The position numbers were made by a program, and so were the translations under genes. Positions 12,541 to 26,699 of a stretch of 64,000 nt of DNA are shown here, in pieces. The notes beneath the pieces are model-generated. The model ran no database searches, was not told the origin of the DNA, and saw only the letters and a program-made list of their open reading frames with translations. The DNA is from Tricharina praecox (Eukaryota), in contig NW_026250448.1 of the NCBI RefSeq assembly GCF_024521635.1, forward strand, positions 1-64,000, given 5' to 3'. Numbering within the stretch: the stretch's first letter is position 1; each line of letters starts with the position of its first letter.

Positions 12541-15500
12541 GTAGCCCCCACCCCCCCTCCCGTTATTCGACTTCTTCTTCCTTTCCCATCATCAATCTTC
12601 TCGTACCGACCTCACCATCAATATTTCGACACACCGATAATACGACACCACCAAACCAAAACAAAGAAACAAGAGACTTAAAAACGGTAGCGGCGAGCTC
12701 CAGTCTCGGATATTAATCGGTAACGAAGTAATATGTTGTGCTATCCACCGGCAGTTGCGGGTTATTATTATTTCAGAAACGCATTGGCGAAGCGCAGGCT
12801 CTAGTTTCAACTGAGTAGGAACTTGGAAGCATGTGTAGGGTATGACCTCCTCTCGATTCTCCATTGCAATTATCGTTTTTCAGCAAAACATTATGGCTCC
12901 AAGTGCATTTTGACCTGATAACTTAAAGATACTTGACGCTTTGGGTAAACGATGTGAATGTCAGTCTGCAATGGCCCCCAACGGCACTACATCAGTCGGT
13001 AGATGATCAAAGGGAGAGACGAAGAACAAGAAGCCGGCGACCAAGACGGAGACGACTAAGACGCAGTCGATTTCGTTGGACTCGCCAACGTTGATGCTCC
13101 CTACCAAACAGATTCGCTTCCTCCCGCCAACAGGAGTCCTCCTTCATTTCATCCTTTCGCAGGCAGTGCCTACACCGCTCCGTCCCAAGGACATTGCTTT
13201 CACCGCTCTCTGTGAGAACTCTAGGACACCAATTGTTTCTGCAACGACACGAAATGGCCACTCCCGAGGTTGGTACTAAGCAAGAGAATATTGGCGGCGG
13301 CGACGAGTGGAAGCCATTAGCCTTGACGAAGATCATGGCCGTGGTAAAAAGAAAATACTCTTTGTCAGGCTTAGACATTCCTAAGGCTTGAAGTCTCTAG
13401 GTCCTGAAGGCTCGCGGTTGCATAGGTTTGCAATACGCGGCAACCGACGAGTTCCTATGCTCGGCGGCACCCAGGGAACAGCAATTGAAACCAATTTCTA
13501 TACAAAAGTAAATTGGATTTTGGATCACATGAGCATGATGCGATTTCCTATCCATGGCAAGAAGCTTCAGGATTGACGTTTATATTGCCGACACGGGCAT
13601 GTAAACGTTGCGGGGGAGAGCGATGACAGTCCGATCACAGGCGCAGTCAGTGAGATCTACGTGGCCAGAGGAGATGGAGGACCACCAGGCGTACGAGGAG
13701 CACAAGGATAGAAACGACGCTCATATCGGTGGTATTGTGAGGGATGGTACAGGTATGTGGCCAGGGATTCCATTGTCCAAAGCCTCTAAAGCCCAAAGGG
13801 GTTCGACCGACTAAACCATGACGAGCGCGGTAAGACGTACACCACACTCTGGACGTTGCATTATTACATATCACAATGGTCAAGGCAAGGAACAATCGGC
13901 CAAACGAAGAAATACGTCAAGCCCCATCTCAAGAAGACTACTGGTTCCCTTACTTCATGCAATTTCGTCAAGATTTAGTGATGTTCTAGTAACGCTACCC
14001 CCGCAGAAATACGCGCATATCTAGCCCAGTAACCTCGATCCAACGCCTACCCTCGTAGAGGTAGGAACAAACACCGCAATGGCTAGTCTTTGTGCCCGAA
14101 GACGAGGATGGTCACGACAATGGCAGTGACGATGACCAGGAAAATCACCAACGCCATCACGTGGACCATGTGGCGAATGAAGAATCCGGGGCGGGGCTTT
14201 GCTCGTCAGCATGAACCCAGAGGAGACGGAAGATGATGGGAACCTACTACTCGACATCCAGGAATGCCATCTGGCTGACCATCCATGTAGCAGGCTTGAT
14301 TCACATAATGGTAATCGATCTGTCGTTCAGTCAAACGGTTAGTTCGTAGATACAGCCGGCACTGGAAGTGGAATGGAGCATACGACAGAGAATGAATTAG
14401 GGTAACGCCTCTGGTTCGACGACCTGTAGCCTCCACCGGCCTCGATGTCGCGCACAGACATGCCACGGAAATAGCGCGGCTCTTTCTTGATAATCGCCAT
14501 CGCCGAGGCTTATGGGTGAAGCATGCCAGTTTGCATGTAATTAGCTTGTGCCGACGCTGTGTCGATGGGGGCAAGGATCAGGTATGCATACACAAGTGGG
14601 CTTTGATGATGACGCAAAAAATCGCCATTGATGCGGATATGAGTGGTGGTTATGATGTTATGGTTTATTCTGAAGAGGGTGAGGGTGATATTTTAAGGAA
14701 AGGAGAGAGAACGCTGTCGGCAGAAAGTGGAGAGGAAGGCAACAGTTGGGGGTGCTTTAAAACCGCCACTGGTATGAAGCTGTCCCCAAAGCCCTAATCT
14801 TAGATGCAAGTTTCAACATCACCCACTTATCGTGAGGTCATTTTCTACAGCGCGTGTGCGCATGCTACTCTACGTAGCTCGGTAACTGAAGGTAGTTAAG
14901 CGCCATTCGTTACACGGGATCTCCGCCATGAAGCGCGACTCGATGCAAGTTCACCGAAAAACGTGTATGGCAGCCACAATACCAAGACAACAAGATCAAC
15001 CCCGCTGTTAATAGTCATGTATTTATGCAAAATTCGAGGTCTACTAAATTCATACAACGTGGAAGAAGGCGGTGGCAGAATGACACTAGCGGTTGGATTG
15101 AACCTTCGAGAAATCATACATGTGAATGCGGAATTCACGACTTCACCTCCCAGGAACGGTGCTGTAAAGTGATGGCATCACGAAGCTAGAGGAATCAGTG
15201 GAACCAACCTCACATCTACTCCTACTCTATCGCCTATTCACAATTGCGAGGACACATAAGGATGTTCTGTGCAGTATTCACTGTAAGGACGATGTAAGAT
15301 GAAACAAGATTCGGATTCAAACGCCCGATTCTTCACACCATCCGATCCGACTCCACTATCCTTTCACGGTAAAGTGAACAATGACCGAACCCACCCCAAA
15401 CATCATAACGAGGCAGAAGATCGTGGTCGCGATACACGGGAGTCTCGAATGCAAGGTCTGCTTGTTGCGAAAGCGGGGGCCCTTGGTGCGTACGTTAGAG

Positions 15501-16563
15501 GTGATCTAGCGCTGGAAAGGATGACGAGGCCGCGAGAAAATACTACAGCGTTGACGGAACCCATCTCAATGTCATTGTGGTGACGGCTGGAGATGTCTGC
15601 ACCGAAGAAGAATCGGCGAATAACCGCAACTAGGATGGATGGTCAGCTTTACTTCTTGACCACGGTGGCAATATTTTTCTAAGGATAGCTATTCAAGCTT
15701 ACCAACTTGAGACTTGACGTTCTCTTTCTGGGTGAAGCTGGTCTGAGTTGCCGCCGAAAGGGTCGTCATGTTGTGGATTCGTCTGGTGGTTTGGTAACTG
15801 AGGAGGGAGAAGTCGGAGAGTGCCAGTTGCCCGCGGGAGGCTGGAGGTGGTTTATTGGCGGCGGAGCAGCAGGGTCGTCGGTAGTACAGAAGGGAGGAAA
15901 AGAAGGCAGTTAAATTGACACATTTCTCGCCTACGTTCATGTGCAGTGGTCGTAATCATTAGAACTGGCTCGCCCAAGACTCATGCCGGATCACTCGTCT
16001 TGCTAGTCATGACTTATCGCTCTTATTCCTGGAATTTGCCTCCCCTTCTTCTCCCCTCAAGTTCGTTTACCTTCTTTCGAGCTTGACAATATCCCATGTC
16101 CGTACTTCAGTTTCAAGAATTGAGAAAGCATTTTCAGGTTCCACCTCTAGCTTGCAGGACAACCAGTTTTCCCCTCAGTTCCTCGCCAGACCGATTTCAA
16201 CTGCCACTCTTTGGGTTTATTCGAACGTCTTAGCTCGTGTGTCCAATCGGCGAGCAGATATATCACACGCGACTCGATCGCCAAATATAAATCCTGAGAT
16301 CCCAAACACCGTGTATCAACTGAGGATGAAGACAAGGATCAATCACGAGTGGTAGTATGTTAGTACAGGATGGTCCTGTTGGGCTCCTGTCTGATGTCTT
16401 GTCTCCGAGGCACGGTGCAGAGGCGTCTATCCGTCTTGATTGACGGCCGAGACGTCGGCTCCCCAGTCGATAAGCAGTCGGATTACTGTCTCGTATTCCG
16501 CATATAAAGCCAAGTGTAGAGGCGTCCGTCTCATCCATGGATCCCGAGTAATGGAGGGGACTG

Positions 16564-16783
16564 CAGTCCAATGCCAAGAAATGAAAAAAATATTTTTCTT
16601 CTAGAAATCGCGAGATTACGCCAAACTAAAGCAAGAAAAAACTCTTCCCTATGACGTGACATTCTAGTGTGGAATCTTTCCATCACGTGACGTTTTCCAT
16701 TCGCTTTCTATTCCGTCTTAGTTGGCCGTGATTTTGCGATTACTGAACGAAAACATTTTTCTCCATCTCTTGGCATTGGACTG
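16564..16783. mobile_element. Tc1/mariner-type MITE with ~70-bp imperfect TIRs
   Basis: CAGTCCAATGCCAAGAAATG... / ...CATCTCTTGGCATTGGACTG; TA on the right, TG on the left. Confidence 0.7.
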
Positions 16784-16919
16784 TAGTCGACTGTAGTCTA
16801 CTGCAGTCCGTCCTGACCTCAAAACCTTTTGGATTAGTCCGTCCAAACACAGCTCCCGGACGGACTGCCGAGATACAGTCCAGTCCGGTCCGAGGCCCAG
16901 GACGGACGGACTGGACTAT

Positions 16920-19900
16920 GTAGAACACTGCTGCTTCGTTCCCTCGGTACGAGGCTATGTGCAGAGGCATCTGTCCCCATTTATCGACGATCGAAATGTC
17001 GGCTCCCCGGTCGATGAGCATTCCGGCAACGTCGAGGTCCCCGAAAAAAGAATGGCTGATGAAGTAGTTGATCTATGCGGGCCGTCTTTGGTAAGTCGGA
17101 ATCGAATATGGCGACCAACTTCTGCGCTAACCCATACACGCAGATGGTGAAAAGTACATCGCAACTAGTTTTCTGCAGAGCTCTCGATCGCTGCTAGGAA
17201 ATGTCTCTTGGGTAGTTGACGTGGATACACAAAACGTGATAGCGGTGCCATCGCTGATGGCTATTCCCCGATTCGAATATATCCCAGAGAAGTGTAAAGA
17301 TATGACTGCTGCTGCTTGCATCGTGACAACGAGCGATATGCCACGGCTAGAAGACTGCCGAGTATAACAACAGGTGTCGGTCGTCATACTGCGCTTCCTT
17401 GGTGATTTGTGTCATAGTCGTCCCAAGAGCTGGATTTGCAGAGTAATGAAAGGCAGACTTTCGAGATTTCCGCATGAGAATCAACCGTGGGCAGTTGGGT
17501 CTCCAAGTACTCATCCACGGAAAGATGTGCAAACCAGAAAACATTCAGACCTTCGTCCCGAACGACCAGGCTCTGGCAAACCTTCAATAAGGCATTCGCC
17601 TGCACCGCGGCATGCGAGAATTCTCCCGAGTCGTCAATCTCGACCGTGATTGCATCAAGCAAGGTCTCAGATCGAACTGGTTCGTATGAATATTGAATCC
17701 ATCAGAATTCGTTCAGTGCTAGTCGAGCAGCGCTGCCTTTCTGGGACAGAATGCGCTTGTATATTTCTCCGTAGGCCTCCGTCAAGGTGGTAGGAAGGGA
17801 CGTCAGACTACGCCTTACATCCCTTGGTGTGACCATGTCGCAGAAAAACTCGGTGATGTCAAGCGCGGCAAGCTGAAATCTGTCGACGAATCAGTAACAG
17901 TCATCAGTATCTGGAGTCGTCGTGGCCCGCTTACATTCCCTTTGATCGTTTACAAAAGACCTCGCGTATTTCAGCTTTGCGCTCACTGTCAACTTTGCCA
18001 TCAAGCAGTAGCCTGTCGTCGATAATGCTTTGAACTTTCGATTCGACGAACCGCTTGATGTCGGTGACGTTGTCGTCAGGTTGCAAGTCAATTCTGGGAA
18101 ACATCTCAAACTGCCGGACGATGTCGGTGTCCATTCCAGTCGTCGCAAAGATCTTGACTAAGTTCTTTGATCGCTCTACGACGTGCTTCAGCGACGTCAA
18201 CAACTGCAACGGGATTCCGTATTCGACTTCGTCCAAAGCATCAATGCAGATCGTGGCCTGGGGATGGATATCAGTGAGTTGAACAAGGAGCTCCAGGCTT
18301 TCCATAAAGCTCAGTCGCGAAGACGTTTGTCCTTGCTGTTCTCGCTTATGGTAGATATCGACGATCGGCGTCGAAAGTTGGTTTTTTTCCGTCGGAACAA
18401 ACTGATGGATAAGCGTGTTCAGGATACTCTCGGGTTGTCGGCAATTTTCTTCGGCTCGATGGCAGTGAAAGTACCCTAATTTCTCTGACGTCGAACCCTG
18501 CAAAGAGTCGATGACTGTTGGTGCAAGGTATGTTTTGCCGGCTCCAGCTAGACGGATTGATAAGACGAGAGTACTTCCTGATGAAGAGGCACACGGAAAC
18601 TTACGAATCGCCCCGTAGAAGCAACAACATCGAAACATCCGATGATCTCCAATCACAGTACTCCTCCCTTTAAAAGAGCCACTCGCCAGTACCTTTATGG
18701 CGCCCTTCGCTGATACGCTTATGGTGACTTAGGTATGGAATCGTGGATATCCATTCAAGTATATCAGAACTCCCGGACCCTAGTAAAGTGTATCAGCATC
18801 GGTAGCACATACCCGGAAAGCAAACGTGGGCCCCTCCGGCCGCCTTGTCCCAGCTTGATTATCATTCCGCCTTGCCCTTTCTCGCAGTTCACTAGCCTGT
18901 ATTCAAGCTGGGAAGTATTGCCAGTATTCGTACATACCATCATGATTTCCCCTCGCGGCGCTTTGCAAACGTGCTTCGACGATACCCGGAGCGTTCCGGA
19001 CACACTTCGATAGTCTGTCGCGTACTGTGGTGTATCAATGATCGCAGCCGTCGCTGAATTTGACCATGTTCGAGTGGTCGACATCGATCCCGAGCTGCAT
19101 GTGGATGGCATTGGCAGGGAAACAGAAGGTTGCGCACTCCTGCGTAACGACCCGCATCATCGCGCCACCTTTTGTCCAGCGTCCGGTGAGGCTGCTAACA
19201 ACCACGCCTTGAGTGGCTCTGCGTTCATAGCACGACGTGATCTGACAGCGCTTGAGCTTGACGCACTGGAAGAAAACTCGATAGTCCCGCAGTAGGATGT
19301 CCGAGCCTTGTCGTACGTCGATAATGAAGTACTCGTTCTTCTGGTTCTTCACGAAGGTCCTCTAATTGTCGATGGGGAGTCCTCAGCAGGGGACTCCGAA
19401 TAAAAAGAGAGCAGCACACGAATCCAGGATGGCTAGACCATTGTCATACTTTTTGTTTCATTGAGATGCATCCACGAGTGCCTGTAGAGTGTAAGGATCA
19501 ATGACGCGCAAGTTGCAACAGAGGCGAGATGCTGCCTAACTACGTGTTTGATGACCAGACCGCCGAGACTATGGCCTATGAAGATGACCGAACGGCGCCG
19601 CTCCTGTGTAGATCTATTAGCGGTAGCTCGCAGCAAATCGCATACATCTTGCGCCCACATTTTCTGCATTACGTTCGCCGGCCAGACTGTTGAGAAGTGT
19701 TCTCGCATGGTGTTGAATGGAAGGTGTATTCGTGCCCTCCATCAGAGCTGAGTTGTAAAAGGGAGAACTCTCACTTGATAGCCTTGGGCATCAAGATCGG
19801 GCGGCAGAAAGTCCCGTAACCACATGTGAGGTTGTGTACGAGATTTCCAGGATCCATATGCGTGGCCAGCGGGGCTGGTTACGGCGACAATGCTAGACGC

Positions 19901-20352
19901 TCAATCAGCATCTCAGAATCGGGATTCGGCACGCGCAAGGCGGGAGCATTACTTCATCGTCGACTCTGATGCGCTGTACAGCGGCGTCCTACCGAGAAAG
20001 TCGCAGTCGACGACCAGGGCAGTTTCCTGATAGTACGGGTAGATTTTTTTGCCGGGGTTGCAGCTTGAAAGAGCTGCCGGCTCCCCCTTCGTGAGAGTAA
20101 CAGTCGCCACCGCATAGTTACTTGGCTGGACCATCGATAGGAGGAAGCCATCGTATCCGAGCGGTCCGAGCAGGTAAGTCTTGAAATCATCCTTCGTGAC
20201 AGCCAGCGGGATGGCGGAAACCGGAGTGTTCTAACCTGACTCTGTTGGGCTGGCGACGGTGTTGGCGATTGTTCGGGCCGTGTTGCCGGTAGGCGCCTCT
20301 CTGCCGGCGTTGGTTTCTGGGTGTGGTGGTCTGAGGGCGTGCGTTTCGACAT
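16920..20352 (-). pseudogene. Decayed fungal NLR: SesB/DUF676-like alpha/beta hydrolase - NACHT - ankyrin
   Basis: AGHAYGSWKS..MWLRDFLP, FIGHSLGGLVIK, DHSNMVKF, Walker A GAGKT, Walker B ICIDALDE, FAHLSVDEYL, ankyrin LIDRGADI..GQMPLHIAS; several frameshifts (e.g. near 20220) and truncation by repeat DNA at ~16920. Confidence 0.85.
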
Positions 20353-20845
20353 TGAATGATGGAGTAAACCTTCCCTTCAGCAAACGATGAAGATCCGGGG
20401 AAGAAAGGAACGCTGAGACTCCGCGACCCTTTTTCTAGACACACTTCTTAGGCGACTCAGTGGCCATTATATTCCTTCCTCGGGTACTAAGGCCCGCGGT
20501 GCAAAGCTCGTTCGGGATTCGCCAAGTTGGCCAGGGAATGTGAGTTACGGCAATTTCTTGCAGTGTTGCCACGTCCGTCTATTCCAGCCTCCATCACGAG
20601 CAAGCTTAGCAGCGTGTAAGATGGGTACCGGTTCTATATATGGATAGTATTTATTACGGGAAGCCTGCCTTGAAGATTTGCCTTGCAGGGCGATCAAACT
20701 GCTACCGGTATGTACGGTATTCGCCGAAAGCCCGGACAGAACCCAACCAAGTCTGCAGATTTGTCCATTACTGAGGACGATGCGGTTTATCTGCCGGCCC
20801 CTGTGCGGGCGCGGTCGTGCTGGCTGAGCAATGATGGAACACAAA

Positions 20846-21384
20846 CAGGGCGATCAACCGTCCGTACGTCCCCGGCAGGCTCTCCAGAGGTATGATCCGT
20901 CCCGTCCGGGGGATAAAATGCCCGGATACCGGACAGGTACCTATAGGTACCTGATAGCATTAGCGTGCTGTGCTGACTACGGTACTGGTTTACGGAGTAG
21001 TCGCGCGGTGGCTATACCTAGTAGCGGTAACGGAACAGAATTCTCAGCATTCAGCAGTATTTTTAGAGTCGTCAAACAATTTGATTGGGCTCAGACTAGT
21101 AGACAGTGCTAAAAGTAGGAACGAGGATTGGGTGAAAGTTCTGTGCGGTGAGAGACACTGTGATCTGCAGCCGCACAGACACACGTCCGAACACTGGCGT
21201 CGCTGTGTGGCGCCGTGCCACCAGCAGTGTCCTACCTAGTGTCCCAGTCCATTCCGGGCCCTATGGTATCCGTCCACAATTCACCAGCCCGGAAGAATAT
21301 AGTCCTTGTTCTCCTCGGCCCGACTAATTCCGTCCCGTCTCGGGCAACCTCAAAGACGGACGGAATGGACGGTTGACTGCCCTG
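20846..21384. mobile_element. Complete non-autonomous hAT-type element (539 bp)
   Basis: TIRs CAGGGCGATCAACCGTCC / GGACGGTTGACTGCCCTG; perfect 8-bp TSD AACACAAA (20838-20845, 21385-21392); subterminal CCGTCC repeats. Confidence 0.92.
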
Positions 21385-24300
21385 AACACAAAAAGTAAAT
21401 AAAAGAAGATGATTCATCTGATGGATTTTATTACCGGGCTTTTGTCTATTTTGTATATCCCAGTCGCAATCAACAGCGATTGCCCGACTCCGCCCATGTT
21501 CCGCCTTCACCGATATGCTTGCCTAAGGAACCGAATATTGAACGCTCGATGTCGCAGACTCGCAGTAATCACTTGGTATGAATGTGCGTACGGACCTTCC
21601 AAAAAACCAGCCCTCGAAGCCTCGCGCGCGGTGCAAAAGATCCACACAAGCCTTGATCTCCGCCTTGATCTCTTTTTTCGAACCGCCGCCCTCAGATGCA
21701 CCCAAACCCCAGCGGTTGGCCAACATCCTTAGCCCTCCACCGTGAGACGGCCCGCATATACGTGACCGCAATCTCCACGATCGCCGCTTGCTTCCCCCTC
21801 ACCTTTGGCATGCAGAACCCCCAGCAGCGATCCGCGCCCCATCCGCCTTACTCACAGCTGTCGACAAGGTTTTCTCCGTCGACGCATTACCGTTTGAGCT
21901 GGGCGGTGGCAACATGTGAGCGGAGTGCCCTTTCTTCCGGGATTTACGCCATCGGGATCACGTAGATAGTAGACCGACCATCTGCCGGCGTGCACGAGCT
22001 GCGTTTCAAATGTTCCGGTCGGGGAAAGGAAGTATCGTTCCCGTAGAGGGACTGCTTGAACCCGATCGTGGTGGCGCCCTGGCGTTCCGAACACATCGAG
22101 GAAGTAGGGTTCGTAGATCGTACCACGGTACGGTAGTGATGCGCCTTCGAAGGCGCATAGTTGCCAGAAACAGCTGCAACGATCGGATACCCGCATACAG
22201 CGGCGCGACGATGCAGTTCAGGCGGTCGAGCTCGGCAGGCGCCTAGGTAGGTGCGGCAGTGGTATCGAGCGTGGGTGTCGAGACGTGACGCGGCGTCACG
22301 GCTCGAGTAAAGTGTCGCGATCGCAAACGTCCGACAGAAGCCTTCAGGGATTTCACTGTACTAGCTGGACGCGAGCTTGCGGATTTGGCCCGCGTCGGCC
22401 ACATTGACTTTGCAGGTTCGTCATCATCTCGGCGACGGTGGGCTCGGAAGGGAACGATCGTGCGACGTCAGTTGCAGCTTCGTTTCGGCGGTGTAGACGG
22501 CATCAATGCCAAGGTAGGACTAGATGAACGTGACCTGGTTGCGAATAGATGGACGGCGCGATGACGGAGTTCGTGTAAGCCACGCATCGCTGCGCATACG
22601 ACGGGCCGGGAGGTAGGACGCTCGGTCGCGGTGATGGCGGGCTGAATCGCGAGAAAGGTGAGGAATAGCGGGGCGCAAAACTCATCGCGTCCGTGAGCAG
22701 CATCCTAGCCATGCATATCTCACGTGGAGATTATCGTACGCGTCTCATCTCATCTTATCAACAGCCGAGATGGATCACCAAACATCACCCACACAATGCC
22801 TAAGAATCCCGACTATCGTTTGCCGATTCGGAATATTCTGCAACGGCTGGATAGAGGGGCGGCGGACAGGCGGATATCTTTTTTAGTCTGTCTTTATAGT
22901 ACGTTCGTCATCACCAGAAAACATGACCATGAAGGGATCAGGAATGATATTTGCGGTCGTGAAGATTATGCAGGTTGCAGACAGTGAGAGGGACGGCGAC
23001 CAACGAGGCTATGTGGCATTCTGTCCAGCCTGTCTCTATAAATAAGATGTTGCCAGTCATTTTCTATCTCGGTTAAAAGAGAATCCTTCCTATTCATTTT
23101 CCATCGAGGGTAAAGTGTGACGAATTGACCATTGGCTTTGTACCGTGGTAGATCATTGTACCTACTGTTTTCGTTGTAATTGTCCGTTGACACAGTTCCC
23201 ATCTCTCACCGTTACTTGCTGTGGAAGCAAATCCGCCCGACTAACACGATCTCAAGGATCGTGTAGTCTACCAGATCGTTGCGTGGATATTCGCACAGCC
23301 ACCATGCTATTACCACCCAACCTGTCCGAATACCCACGTCATCATTTAGGAGTGCTACTACATCCGGTGACTGATGTTGCATATTACCGCGGGCCGAACC
23401 TCCCCCCGAACGCACGAACACCTTCGGACTTTCCGCTGGTCAGCGGCCAGCCCTGGGGCTTGCCTCAATATACACATTCCCAAACCAGCTCCACCACACG
23501 GCATCGCTACTACTCATCTCGATTCTCTACTCTACATTCCCGGCATCCACCCCTGCCAGCAATCAACCACATATAGATGTGAATCGTACTCGCCATAACG
23601 GTCTACATCGCCCCATGACCCCGCTGCTCGCTCACGATTATCCCTCCGCTGTGTCCCGTTCGCCGGTGGTGTCGCTATTCAAGTTTCAACAGCCGCCGCT
23701 TCCACAGCGGCTCCGGCGTCTGGAATCTGCTGCAACCGTCACTGCTGTCACAATCATATGTCCTTTCCACCACCTCGATTCCTCTTTTGCGAACGGTTCT
23801 TAATCTTTCGCCAACACCTCTCGCGGCCGGAGGTGCGATCGAGAGGAGAGTACATACAGACGAAAGAAAAGATATAGAGGTTGATCGTCTATTCGGTATG
23901 TGATGAGAGAGAGAGAAGAAGAAGAAGAAGAAGAAGAAACCTCGGCCTGGAAAGCAAAGAATTACGTCGTCCTCAAGGCAAGCAAAACCGGCTGGCCGTT
24001 GATACGCGCTGGACACGTGGCGCCGTCACCCCGTACACCAGCCCCGGTGGATATTCTGGCTGCCTGGGGCGGGGGCGAGACCATGGTGAGCTCGTCGTCG
24101 TCGTCTTGCCTGTCTTCATTAACATCGGCAGTTGATGGTGGTGGTGGTGGTGGTGGTGGCGGTTGGTGAGGGGAAGACATAATCTCATTATCGTCGGCCA
24201 CCTTGGTAACCGTGGTGGCAGCCTGGTGGTTCTTGTAGTCGTCGTCATCGCTATCACAACGCAACTCCTGCGACTCCAGGGCGTCACAGGAAACCTCCTC

Positions 24301-24654
24301 GTCGTCGTCATTGTCAATTTCAGCTCGGCGAGATTCGACTGTGCGGCGGTTGGATGTGTTGTTGAGCATGGCACGGAGGCCGGCGAAGTAACTTGTCGGA
24401 GACATTCTTCTGAGTTGGGAGGTTTCGTCAGCGGGTTGTTCGTTTGCTAAGTTCGGGTTGGGGAATGGGTAACGTACTCTTGTGGTGGATGTGCTTACTT
24501 ACTATATGATGTTGAAAAACATGAGCAGAGATGAATTTCGATGGTGGTGACGAAGGATTGACCGCTAATTTCGGTCGTGTAAATACGATTTCTAGAGGGT
24601 AACTGGTGATCGTCTGTAGAGGAACGGAAGGGGTAGTGGTAAGGCGGTAGTGAA

Positions 24655-24845
24655 GAAGAAGAGCGAAGAGTCGGCTGCGAAAGTGTCGACAGGATGAGCA
24701 GAGAGTATCTCAGATTCTCAGGTTCGTGAAGTGTAAGAGGTGAGGTGGTAAGGTGGAAGTCAAGAAGAAGAGGTAAGAGTCGGTTCCGATTGTGTCGACA
24801 GGAAGAGCAGAGAGTATCTTAGGTTCGTGTGAAGTGTAAGAGAAG
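24655..24845 (+). repeat. Imperfect ~110-bp tandem duplication
   Basis: GTGTCGACAGGAWGAGCAGAGAGTATCT...AGGTTCGTG..AAGTGTAAGAG occurs twice. Confidence 0.75.
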
Positions 24846-24985
24846 TAAAGGTTGTGAAGGGAAACAAACTGTAGTGGGGGAGCGCTCTGACACTAGCGCG
24901 GAAGCTGCGAAAAGTAGGCTCAATCGCTGGCGCAGTGTAGTGTGTTGATATCACGAGTGATCTGAAGATACCAATGGCTGCGCTA

Positions 24986-25074
24986 CCTCGTATATCCAGT
25001 CACTTTGGCAGGGAGCCGGTCGCTTGGTCTGGTGGCCGGTCCATTTATGAAATACCAGTTCTGCCTGGCAGGCT
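24986..25074 (+). repeat. Dispersed repeat (copy of 12110-12200)
   Basis: Direct sequence match. Confidence 0.85.
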
Positions 25075-26370
25075 TGCACACATATCATCGCCCTTACTGC
25101 GATAGCAGAAGCTACAGATGCCTCTTCCGAACTTTCAAGTATTGATTGACAGAACTGAGAACCGTCCACGAGTCGCCGCTGTTCTACCGGCACCCACAAC
25201 AAGCCGCCGCAGCTCCAAGGTGCTCAAGAAGCATCCAGCCAGAACCGCTTTTCTCCGAGTTCAGGAACTTTACAGTACATACTTCGTGTTCCCGCCTAGA
25301 GGCCATGTATAACAAGCGATATCCGCCTCATCGACATGCCCCCATTGCCTCTCTTTGCACTCTTTGCGCCTAGCGGCGCAGATGGAAACCGTGGAAGCTC
25401 ACTACTTCACTGTTCATCACTCGAGTGACGTTCCCGGTCTGCATGCAGGGTGGTTACCATATTTCACGAGCGGCGGCGCCGAAACGTTCAGCCTGGAGAG
25501 CCGGGTATCGTAAGGCCAGTACTGAGGGTATATACGGTTCAGAAACAGAAGAGACAGCGAGGAAAGATACCGACACCGAGTAGCACTCGCTGCCCTCCGC
25601 GGCTCCCGGCGCGTGCTGAGTGATGAGTGATTCCCACATTTGATCCGCGGTTTCAACCATGCACAACCCGCCCAGTGCTAGCATTGCACCTCGTTTAGAT
25701 CCTGAGAGTAAGTGCCGGCTGCGACTCGCGAATGGCACATTTCGAACTCGCATCTCGACCTAGAATGGCGAGTGAGCGGTTATGATCAGTCATGTTGCAT
25801 GTTGCACATCCGAGCTGATACCTACCGCCGTATGTACACGATACACATGGACTCGAATGCTCAGCAGCAGGTAGAGAGACATTATCCACTGTCGCTGATC
25901 GGCTTTCCCCCTCCCACATAGGCAGCCGACAGGTATGATATTTGATATCTGATAATAGCCATGCACTTACTATGCACAGAGCTGAGCGGGTCAGCCGCAT
26001 CTGCATACACAGCGCCCGCCCGATCCGTAATACCGACGACAGCATTATTGCTTCCGTACTTATCTGAACCTTTCTTTCGAGAACCAAAGTACCCCGTATA
26101 GACCCCACGTCCCGTGTAACGCCACCATGGCCTCATTCCATAATCTTCCATTCGCCAAAGCCTGGCGGAACGAGTGATTCTCCATGCAGTATGTACAGCA
26201 CGTCGATCCCACTCCAACTCCCACTGCCGACACCAATGCCGATCCCACCATGCCGAATACCAAGACGCGCTCCCCGGAAATGCATTCCGCCTTATTCGAA
26301 TTCGAGTGTTCACCCCGCACCCAGCAGCCCGCCCTACCCCGCTACAATTGTCCCCTCCCCAGTTGCCAGA

Positions 26371-26699
26371 TTATTTCGCATGCTCAGCCTTAAACCTCTT
26401 CGCCTCGCCCTGTCCCTGGTCCTGTCGGCCCATCCCCGTGTTAGCCCTTTCCTCCCAGCCGTCCCTCCAGCCGTCCCCCCAGTCCACTCCCTCCCCCCTC
26501 CCACCTCCCCCCAAATGCCCCCCCAGCCCCATCCCCCCCAGCAGTTTACTCTCTAAGGTGAAAAGAATGAAAGGGAAAGGGGACTAACAAGCATCCAAGT
26601 AAACCCGTACGCGCCCGCGCCCGAGGCCATCGCGATCCCGATGAGTGCCCAGGACTGTGGTTGTCTGAGTGAGCGGGTGAGGGCTGCGCGGAAGGGCAT
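26371..26699 (-). CDS. 53-aa single-TM microprotein, possibly mitochondrial
   Basis: Exons 26699-26589 and 26421-26371; intron GTTAGT..GCTAAC..CAG; MPFRAALTRSLRQPQSWALIGIAMASGAGAYGFTWMLDQGQGEAKRFKAEHAK*. Confidence 0.6.

Noticed and set aside
21852..22712. Possible decayed gene on the minus strand
   Set aside because: Coding-like composition but no consistent frame or recognisable motif
23962..24405. 147-aa acidic/Pro-rich ORF
   Set aside because: Mostly trinucleotide low-complexity sequence with no supporting motif
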